Below, piece after piece: positions 25,369 through 31,495 of a DNA stretch of 32,000 nucleotides. The notes under the pieces were generated by a model. It ran no database searches. It worked only from the letters and a program-made list of their open reading frames with translations, and was not told where the DNA came from. Location of the stretch: positions 750,001 through 782,000 of the forward strand of contig JANQMZ010000007.1 of assembly GCA_028279805.1 (NCBI GenBank), given 5' to 3'. Each line of letters begins with the position of its first letter. Positions within the stretch are counted from its first letter, which is position 1. Made by a program: the position numbers and the translations under genes. This DNA is from an archaeon. Its GTDB lineage: Archaea > Iainarchaeota > Iainarchaeia > Iainarchaeales > JANQMZ01.

Positions 25369-26075
25369 TTTTTAAATTCTTCAAGTTTTTCTGCTATTTC
25401 TTCTTTTGGAATCATTGTAACAAGCAATGGAATTTTTTCACTTTCAGCTATTTTAATTGCAACTTTGTCAATTTTTTCAGGATTGTCAGGGCCGTGCAAT
25501 ACAACCATTGCCGGTTTCATGTCAGTGCTTAACCTGCTGATTTTAACCGCAATCATCGGGCTTCGGCCATTTTCAACTTTTTCAAAAATTAAAGCACGTT
25601 CAGGAGTTTTTCCGTACAGCTGCATATATTCATGAACGGGCACATCAAGAATTACTTTTATTGAATCAATCAAAGTATAACCATAAATTTTGGTGTTTTT
25701 TAATTTTGACGGATTGGCAACACATTTTGCCTCAATTCTGCTTGCAAACTCTGTTCCTGAAACATTTTTTGGAAATTCGTGAATATCAAATGCTTCTTCT
25801 TTTGCGCTAAAATCTTTCATTAATTGTTTTACAACTTTTCCCCCCCTGCTTTTGTCAATTTCAATTAAAGAATCCACAAGCCTTTTAATCACAGTAATTC
25901 CCGGACTTTTTCTTCTTCCCCCCTCATAATCCGAAATGGTTGAAGGGCTGATATTCAAATATTCTGATAATTCTGTTTGAGAAACTCCAAAAATTTCTCT
26001 CCACTTTTTCATTGAACTTCCCGGGTCTTTGCTTAAAGTAATTTCTCCGGCAATAGTAACACTTAATTTTTCCAT
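25365..26075 (-). CDS. XRE-type HTH transcriptional regulator with an archaeal C-terminal domain
   Basis: MKKWREIFGVSQTELSEYLNISPSTISDYEGGRRKSPG is a Cro/C1-type HTH. I place the start at ATG 26075 (MEKLSV...) because a TTTTTAA box is centred 26 nt upstream. The track start (GTG at 26093) lies between that box and the ATG. Confidence 0.65.
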   Translation of the reverse strand: MEKLSVTIAGEITLSKDPGSSMKKWREIFGVSQTELSEYLNISPSTISDYEGGRRKSPGITVIKRLVDSLIEIDKSRGGKVVKQLMKDFSAKEEAFDIHEFPKNVSGTEFASRIEAKCVANPSKLKNTKIYGYTLIDSIKVILDVPVHEYMQLYGKTPERALIFEKVENGRSPMIAVKISRLSTDMKPAMVVLHGPDNPEKIDKVAIKIAESEKIPLLVTMIPKEEIAEKLEEFKN

Positions 26076-26097
26076 AAGAAAATAATGCACCACCAGC

Positions 26098-26104
26098 TTA
26101 AAAA
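26098..26104 (-). promoter_or_regulatory. Putative TATA box for the XRE-type regulator gene (leaderless)
   Basis: The minus strand reads AAAGGTTTTTAAGC. The centre is about 26 nt upstream of ATG 26075. Confidence 0.35.
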
Positions 26105-26157
26105 CCTTTACGACAATCGCCGAGAGCCGTTTGATTCTGGTTACATGTATGGGTTAG

Positions 26158-26229
26158 CGGACCCGGAGGGATTCGAACCCTCAACCCACAGCTTAGGAGG
26201 CTGTTGCGCTTCCGTTGCGCCACGGGCCC
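26158..26229 (-). tRNA. tRNA-Arg (anticodon CCU)
   Basis: Hand-folded cloverleaf. Acceptor GGGCCCG/CGGGTCC (one G-U), U8 G9, D arm GCGC-AACGGAA-GCGC. Anticodon stem ACAGC/GCTGT with loop CTCCTAA. Variable GGGTT, T arm GAGGG-TTCGAAT-CCCTC, discriminator G. 72 nt, no intron, no encoded CCA. Confidence 0.9.
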
Positions 26230-26292
26230 GCAGGTGTTCCGGCGGCGAACACCCGCCTTCGGCAGGGTGTAAAGTAATTCCCGGAACACTAT
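26230..26292 (-). ncRNA. GC-rich structured element abutting the 5' end of tRNA-Arg (structured leader or unclassified small RNA)
   Basis: About two-thirds GC in AT-rich DNA. A perfect 9-bp inverted repeat (26234-26242 gtgttccgg / 26281-26289 ccggaacac) encloses a 38-nt GC-rich interior with further hairpin potential. An A/T box lies about 26 nt upstream on the minus strand. The class is unknown. Confidence 0.4.
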
Positions 26293-26314
26293 CTATGAAT
26301 TGAACTGCAAAGCG

Positions 26315-26324
26315 TTTTAAATAA
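26315..26324 (-). promoter_or_regulatory. Putative TATA box driving the GC-rich element plus tRNA-Arg transcript
   Basis: TTTTAAATAA (minus strand TTATTTAAAA) is centred at about 26320. That predicts a TSS near 26294, a few nt before the first stem nucleotide (26289). Confidence 0.3.
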
Positions 26325-26340
26325 TTCTTTTCAAATTTTA

Positions 26341-27186
26341 ATGGTGTTTTTTTTGAAAGAATTATTATTTGGAACAGCCGGCATTCCTTTGTCAACAAAA
26401 AACAGGTCAACTGAGAACGGAATTGCAAGAGTTAAAGAATTAAAATTAAATGCAATGGAACTGGAATTTGTTCGCAGTGTCAACATTTCAGAAGAAAAAG
26501 CCCCTCTGGTAAAAAAGGCTGCTGAAAAAAATAAAATTGTTTTAACATGCCATGCTCCTTATTTTATTAATTTAAATGCAAAAGAAAAACAAAAAGTCGG
26601 GGCAAGCAAGCACAGAATTTTGGAATCTGCAAGGCGTTTGCATCAGTGCGGCGGCTGGAGTGTTTGTTTTCATCCGGGTTTTTATTTGGGTGAAACAAGT
26701 GAAAAAGTTTTTCCGGTTTTTGAAAAAAGAATAAAAGAATTAAGGGAACGATTAAATGATGAAAGCATTGACTTGTGGTTAAGGCCTGAAACAACAGGAA
26801 AACCTTCACAATTTGGTTCTTTAAAAGAATTGTTAAAAATTTCCCAAGGCCTGGAAAAAGTTGCACCTGTTGTAGACTTTTCCCATCTGCATGCCCGTTC
26901 CGGGGGAAAAGAAAATACAAAAGAAGAATTTTTGGAACAGTTTAATTTGATTGAAAAATTTTTAGGAAAAAAAGGTTTGCAGAACATGCACATTCATTTA
27001 TCCGGAATTAATTATACTGAAAAAGGAGAAAGAAATCATTTAATTTTAGAAGAAAGTGACATGAATTACAAAGATTTGCTGAAAATCTGGAAAGAATTTA
27101 AAATTAAGGGAATTGTAATCTGTGAAAGCCCTAATATTGAGGAAGATGCTTTGCTTTTGCAAAAATTTTTTAAAAATTTAAAGTAA
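26341..27186 (+). CDS. Endonuclease IV-like AP endonuclease family 2 TIM-barrel protein
   Basis: LLFGTAGIP, CHAPYFINL, CFHPGFY, LRPETTGK, VDFSHLHA, MHIHLSGINY and VICESP occur in the order of the Nfo metal-binding motifs. The start could instead be TTG at 26353. Confidence 0.7.
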   Translation: MVFFLKELLFGTAGIPLSTKNRSTENGIARVKELKLNAMELEFVRSVNISEEKAPLVKKAAEKNKIVLTCHAPYFINLNAKEKQKVGASKHRILESARRLHQCGGWSVCFHPGFYLGETSEKVFPVFEKRIKELRERLNDESIDLWLRPETTGKPSQFGSLKELLKISQGLEKVAPVVDFSHLHARSGGKENTKEEFLEQFNLIEKFLGKKGLQNMHIHLSGINYTEKGERNHLILEESDMNYKDLLKIWKEFKIKGIVICESPNIEEDALLLQKFFKNLK

Positions 27187-27750
27187 TACAAACAATGTTA
27201 TTCCTGTTGCAATTGGCATAAACAGGTTATCTTCAACCGGCAGAAAATCAACTGCCATAGCAACAATTGCTGCAACCGTTACAGCATAAAAACTTGTTGG
27301 CAAAATCAGTGACATTAAAATTATTGAAACAATTAATCCTATTACTGTTCCTTCAAGCGTGTTGTTCCAGGGAAGTTTTATTGTTCCATGATATTTTCCT
27401 ATTAATGTTGCCCATGCATCTCCAAAAACCAGCGGAACTAGTGCTGCTAAAACTATTAACTTGTTGTGAAACAATAAAGCGTCAGCTGCAACAACAAGCA
27501 AAACTCCTATTGTAAAAATTATTGCTGCAATTCCGGGTTTGTGTTTTTCATCTCCTCTTTCAACAGCATTAATAATGTTTGCAAACAATTTTTTTCTTTT
27601 TTTCTTTTTCAAATCATTTGAAACAATGTAACCAAAACCGATTAATAAAATTAAAATTGCGCTTAAAGTGCCTGAATCAATTATTGCTGCCAGCAAAATG
27701 AACAAACTTCCTATTATGATGTGGGCAAATTCTCTTTTTGCTTCTCTCAT
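27178..27750 (-). CDS. Polytopic membrane protein, dolichol/polyprenol kinase (CTP-dependent, COG0170)-like
   Basis: About 6 TM segments. VFGDAWATLIGKYHG...NNTLEGTVIG resembles the D-x-x-A-x-x-x-G...K-[ST]-x-EG motif of the dolichol/phytol kinase family. Confidence 0.5.
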   Translation of the reverse strand: MREAKREFAHIIIGSLFILLAAIIDSGTLSAILILLIGFGYIVSNDLKKKKRKKLFANIINAVERGDEKHKPGIAAIIFTIGVLLVVAADALLFHNKLIVLAALVPLVFGDAWATLIGKYHGTIKLPWNNTLEGTVIGLIVSIILMSLILPTSFYAVTVAAIVAMAVDFLPVEDNLFMPIATGITLFVLL

Positions 27751-27754
27751 TTTA

Positions 27755-28417
27755 TCACTTTTTTTTCATTACACACAGCAAATGGCTTTTTTCATATGGC
27801 TGTAATGGAATGCATTCTATTATGTCAAACTCCTTTTTTAATTCTTCTTTTTGCTTTTCAAAAATTTTTTCAATATTTTCAGTTGAAGAAATGCTTTTTG
27901 CCTTAATTGCAATAATGCCCAATTTGCCTTTTTTTAAGAATTTTTTGGCATTTTTGTTAAAAATTTGAGCCTGTTTTCTTTGAGACAAATCCTGGTATAA
28001 CAGGCTTATTTCGCTGTTTTTTAAATATTTTTCATATTTTTCAGGTTTTTCAGCGTTTTCTAAAACAGGGACAAGATTTTCCCTGTCCTCACACAATTCT
28101 ATAAATTTTTTCATGGTTCTCTGGCTTAAGTCAACGCCAAAAATTAATCCTTTTTCTTCAATAACATCACTTAAATGAGATGCTGTTGTTCCCTCTGCAA
28201 CACCCAGATATAAAACGTTTAATCCTTTTTTTATTTCAAGTTTTTTTAATCCTTTTTTTATTGCCGCACATAATTTTGAACGGTAAGGATTCCATTCACG
28301 GTATTCAACTGAACCAGTTTTTACCAGTTTTTCCCCGTAAACTTTTTTTCCCGGTGTAAAATTTTTTGTTAAAATTTTTCCTTTTGAAGAAAAAATTCCT
28401 TCAAAAATCTGCTTCAT
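27755..28417 (-). CDS. flpA: Fibrillarin-like rRNA/tRNA 2'-O-methyltransferase
   Basis: YREWNPYRSKLCAAI and VLYLGVAEGTTASHLSDV (SAM motif) are present. 220 aa. It overlaps the nop5 stop. Confidence 0.9.
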   Translation of the reverse strand: MKQIFEGIFSSKGKILTKNFTPGKKVYGEKLVKTGSVEYREWNPYRSKLCAAIKKGLKKLEIKKGLNVLYLGVAEGTTASHLSDVIEEKGLIFGVDLSQRTMKKFIELCEDRENLVPVLENAEKPEKYEKYLKNSEISLLYQDLSQRKQAQIFNKNAKKFLKKGKLGIIAIKAKSISSTENIEKIFEKQKEELKKEFDIIECIPLQPYEKSHLLCVMKKK

Positions 28418-29211
28418 GAAAGTTCACTTGCTCTTTTTTCCAGTTCTTTTAACAATTTTTCATATTTTTCTTTTTTTGAAAAAAAATCCTGTTTTAATGC
28501 AATGCTTAATTTTGAAGCCAGGCTTCTTGCCATTTTTCCCCGGTTAACCGTTTTAACCTGTTGAACAAAAGGATGCTGAAAAAGCAAACCGTATTTGGGA
28601 GGCTTTGCTCCTGATTTTAAATGCCTGAACAATGCTTTCTCCGCTCCCAAAACCTGTATTGTTGATGCAGGCATTTTAACCATTTTTTCAATTGCTCCGG
28701 CTTCACTTAAAAGTTTTGCTCCTAAAACCGCGCCACATAAGTTTGAAAAGTTTGGCAGTTCTTTTTTCATTTCTTTTTCAACATATTCAACTAAACTGTT
28801 TTTTTCTTTTTTTATTAAAAGAGATTGTTTTGCCAGGCTTTGAATTTTTTTCAAATCTTTTTCTTCAATTTCTGAACCAACACTGTTTTTTGCTTTTGTT
28901 TCAATTTGTTTTGCTTTTTCCTTATTTTTGTAATATTTTAAAATTTTTTGTTCTGAAAAATTTTTTCTTAAACCAAGTTCGTTTACAAGGTTTAAATAAA
29001 TTTCAGGTGTTTTAACAAGCCTGTCCATTTCCGGAAAATGAATTCCGTACCATTCCCTGCTGTCTTCATATAACAGGTTAAAAATTTCATCCAAATCTGA
29101 CAAAATGTCAGCTGCTCTTATGATATGGCTTTCTCTTCCCACATATTTTGTTTTAACCTCTTTCCTGGCTTTTTGAATAAGTTTTCGCCTTAAATCGTCT
29201 TTTTTTGCCAT
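28414..29211 (-). CDS. nop5: Nop5 (Nop56/58) C/D box sRNP scaffold protein, N-terminally short form
   Basis: SREWYGIHFPEM (start of the coiled-coil domain) is already at residue ~50. The Nop domain follows: LSEAGAIEKMVKMPASTIQVLGAEKALFRHLKSGAKPPKYGLLFQHPFV...RGKMARSLASKLSIA. I place the start at ATG 29211 (GGTG 6 nt upstream). An in-frame stop at 29233-29235 prevents any longer N-terminus. Confidence 0.85.
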   Translation of the reverse strand: MAKKDDLRRKLIQKARKEVKTKYVGRESHIIRAADILSDLDEIFNLLYEDSREWYGIHFPEMDRLVKTPEIYLNLVNELGLRKNFSEQKILKYYKNKEKAKQIETKAKNSVGSEIEEKDLKKIQSLAKQSLLIKKEKNSLVEYVEKEMKKELPNFSNLCGAVLGAKLLSEAGAIEKMVKMPASTIQVLGAEKALFRHLKSGAKPPKYGLLFQHPFVQQVKTVNRGKMARSLASKLSIALKQDFFSKKEKYEKLLKELEKRASELS

Positions 29212-29254
29212 TTTTTTCACCAAAACAGGTTTTTATTATTTTAGCCACCATTAG

Positions 29255-29265
29255 CTTAAAAAATA
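29255..29265 (+). promoter_or_regulatory. Putative TATA box for leaderless glyS
   Basis: CTTAAAAAATA is centred about 26 nt upstream of ATG 29286, with no SD. Confidence 0.3.
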
Positions 29266-29285
29266 CTATTTTGATTAATTTTCCA

Positions 29286-30785
29286 ATGCCAAAAGAAGAA
29301 ATTCAGAGCCTGGCTTCAAGAAGAGGCTTGTTTTTTCCAACCGCGGAAATTTATTCTGACTCGCCCGGAGGATTCTGGGAATTTGGTTCAACCGGTGCAA
29401 GGCTTAAAAGAAAAATTGTAAATTTTTGGAGAAAAGAACTGGTTGAAAAAGAAAATTTTTTGGAAATTGAAGGCTCTCAAATTTTGCCAAAACCTGTTTT
29501 TGAATCTTCAGGACATTTAAAAAATTTTAATGATCCTATTGTTCAATGCAAAAAATGCCATTCTTTTTACCGTGTTGACAGAATGCTGGAAGAATTAACC
29601 GGAAAACATTTTGCTGAAAATGCAAGCATTGAAGAATTTGAAAAAGAATTAAAAAAATTAAACCCGGAATGCAAAAAATGCAAATCACATTCCTGGAATA
29701 AAATTAAGCTGTTTAACATGATGATGTCTGTTGAACTTGGTGCAACCGGGGACAAAAAAGCTTTTTTAAGACCTGAAACGTGTCAGAATATTTTTTTAAA
29801 TTTTTCAAGAATTTATAAAAATTCAAGGCAAAACCTGCCTCTGGGAATAGCCCAGGCGGGTTCTTCTTTCAGAAATGAAATTAATCCGCGTAACACTTTG
29901 TTAAGGGAAAGAGAATTGGGGCAGATGGAAATTGAAATTTTTTTTAATTCAAAAAAAATCAATGAATTTCCTGATTTTGAAAAAATAAAAAACTATAAAT
30001 TAAATTTAATGACTTTAAAAAACAAAAAAATAAAACCGGTAACCTGTAAAGAAGCTGCTGACAAAAAAATTGTTTCAGGAAAACTCATAGCTTATTATCT
30101 GGCTTTGGTTCAAAAATTTTATGAAAAATTGGGAATTCCGTTAAAAAAAATGCGTTTCCGTGAACTTGATGATAATGATAAAGCGTTTTATTCAATTGAA
30201 ACTTGGGATTTTGAAATTGAAACAGATTTGGGCTGGATTGAATTAATTGCCAATAACTACCGGGCAGATTATGATTTAAAAGCCCATTCAAAAGGCTCTA
30301 AACAGGATTTGAGCATTAAAGAGGATGGTGAAAAATTTGTTCCCCATGTTTGGGAAATTTCTGCAGGAATTGACAGAACTTTTTATGTTGTTTTGGATAA
30401 TGCTTTTAAAAAAGAAAAAAGAGGAAAAGAGGAAAGAATTTTTTTGAATCTGCCGATTTCTATTGCCCCTTATCTGGCAGGAGTATTCCCTTTAGTCAAA
30501 AAAGACGGATTGCTTGAAAAATCAAAACAATTATTCCGGGAACTGGAAAAACATGGATTTGAACTGATTTTTGATGAAAAAGGTTCAATTGGAAGGCGTT
30601 ATGCCAGAATTGATGAAATAGGTGTTCCTTTTGCAATAACTTTTGATTATGATTCTGTGAAAAATAATACTGTAACACTGCGTGAAAGAAATTCTTTAGA
30701 ACAAAAACTTGTTAAAATTGAACAGTTATCCCAAACTTTGTGGAAATTGTCAAACGGAATTTTAACTTTCAACGAATTAAAATAG
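29286..30785 (+). CDS. glyS: Glycine-tRNA ligase (archaeal/eukaryotic alpha2 type)
   Basis: LASRRGLFFPTAEIYSDSPGGFWEFGSTGARLKRKI, class II motifs (FLRPETCQNIF, GIAQAGSSFRNEI, ISAGIDR) and a C-terminal anticodon-binding domain are present. I place the start at ATG 29286. The track start at 29205 would add 27 hydrophobic residues and overlap the nop5 start. Confidence 0.9.
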   Translation: MPKEEIQSLASRRGLFFPTAEIYSDSPGGFWEFGSTGARLKRKIVNFWRKELVEKENFLEIEGSQILPKPVFESSGHLKNFNDPIVQCKKCHSFYRVDRMLEELTGKHFAENASIEEFEKELKKLNPECKKCKSHSWNKIKLFNMMMSVELGATGDKKAFLRPETCQNIFLNFSRIYKNSRQNLPLGIAQAGSSFRNEINPRNTLLRERELGQMEIEIFFNSKKINEFPDFEKIKNYKLNLMTLKNKKIKPVTCKEAADKKIVSGKLIAYYLALVQKFYEKLGIPLKKMRFRELDDNDKAFYSIETWDFEIETDLGWIELIANNYRADYDLKAHSKGSKQDLSIKEDGEKFVPHVWEISAGIDRTFYVVLDNAFKKEKRGKEERIFLNLPISIAPYLAGVFPLVKKDGLLEKSKQLFRELEKHGFELIFDEKGSIGRRYARIDEIGVPFAITFDYDSVKNNTVTLRERNSLEQKLVKIEQLSQTLWKLSNGILTFNELK

Positions 30786-30846
30786 TCCCATTGCGTAGGG
30801 ACAGTCCGCGTGCCACTTTCAGTGGCACTTGCTCGCTAACGCTCGC
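30785..30846. other. GC-rich hairpin-containing element immediately 3' of glyS (function unknown)
   Basis: Hairpin 1 is GTCCC (30785-30789) / GGGAC (30798-30802). Hairpin 2 is a perfect 8-bp stem, GTGCCACT (30810-30817) / AGTGGCAC (30821-30828), with a TTC loop. A direct repeat GCTCGC occurs at 30831-30836 and 30841-30846. It is GC-rich relative to its surroundings. Confidence 0.35.
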
Positions 30847-30877
30847 AGTTTATGCTTGATTCTGTTCGTAATACTTA

Positions 30878-30949
30878 GCCCCGGTGGCTTAATGGCAGAG
30901 CAATTGCTTCGTAAGCAATGGGTTGTGAGTTCAAATCTCATCCGGGGCT
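30878..30949 (+). tRNA. tRNA-Thr (anticodon CGU)
   Basis: Hand-folded cloverleaf. Acceptor GCCCCGG/CCGGGGC, U8 G9, D arm GCTT-AATGGCA-GAGC. Anticodon stem ATTGC/GCAAT with loop TTCGTAA. Variable GGGTT, T arm GTGAG-TTCAAAT-CTCAT, discriminator U. 72 nt. Confidence 0.9.
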
Positions 30950-31000
30950 TTAAAACAAAAACAATTTAATTCTGTTTCACAACAATTATTATGTGATAAA

Positions 31001-31495
31001 ATGAAATTATTGCTTTTATCGGATTCCAAAACTCCTGTTAAAATTTTTCCAAAAGTAAAGGAAATTGTTTCTGAAAAAATTTCAAATCTTGAAATTGAAA
31101 TAGCTTATGTTCCTTTTATGGTTGATTTTCCTCAAAAAGTTTTGGAAGCTGAAAAAGATTTTGATTATATTTTTGTTTTTTCGTTATATGATGAGGAAAC
31201 CCCTGAAATTAAAACTGTGATGGAAAAACTGATTGAAGTGGAAATTAAAACAGGCAAAAAAATTATGAAAATTTTGAGGGAGACAGATTTTGAAGGAACA
31301 AATAAAAAAGAGTTAAAATCTTTGTCAAAAAAGTTGACAAAAAAATGGAGTTTTTTTATTATTGAATACATTGCTCCTGAAAAAACAGCTAAAAAAGCTG
31401 AATTTGAAGAAGATCCTGATGAATTTGCAGATGATGAAAAAGTATTTGGCGCGGATGATGATATGTTTGCCTCAAATGACTCAGAATACCGTTAA
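31001..31495 (+). CDS. Hypothetical protein with a strongly acidic C-terminal tail
   Basis: A 164-aa ORF with no competing long ORF. The C-terminus is EFEEDPDEFADDEKVFGADDDMFASNDSEYR. I can assign no family with confidence. Confidence 0.4.
   Translation: MKLLLLSDSKTPVKIFPKVKEIVSEKISNLEIEIAYVPFMVDFPQKVLEAEKDFDYIFVFSLYDEETPEIKTVMEKLIEVEIKTGKKIMKILRETDFEGTNKKELKSLSKKLTKKWSFFIIEYIAPEKTAKKAEFEEDPDEFADDEKVFGADDDMFASNDSEYR

Noticed and set aside
26230-26292. Whether the GC-rich leader is a C/D box sRNA, a second tRNA or a split-tRNA half.
   Set aside because: It has no RUGAUGA or CUGA boxes. An acceptor-like stem plus a T-arm-like hairpin (GGCGG-GUGUUCG-CCGCC) can be drawn, but only 23 unpaired-looking nt remain for both the D and anticodon arms. 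The loop also lacks the T-loop consensus. I kept it only as an unclassified structured element.
26085-26428. Three ORFs (72, 63 and 95 aa) spanning the tRNA-Arg region.
   Set aside because: They exist only because the GC-rich tRNA and leader sequence lacks stop codons. They overlap a cloverleaf-perfect tRNA and have no start context.
29205-29285. The track's longer glyS start (MPFFSPKQVFIILATISLKNTILINFP...).
   Set aside because: The extension is hydrophobic and unlike GlyRS N-termini. It overlaps the divergent nop5 start and would place the putative TATA box inside the ORF. ATG 29286 gives the canonical GlyRS N-terminus.
30806-30832. The 8-bp hairpin after glyS resembles a tRNA anticodon arm (loop CUUUCAG on plus, CUGAAAG on minus), which suggested a tRNA-Glu or tRNA-Phe gene or pseudogene.
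   Set aside because: On neither strand could I find a matching acceptor stem, D arm or T arm in the flanks.
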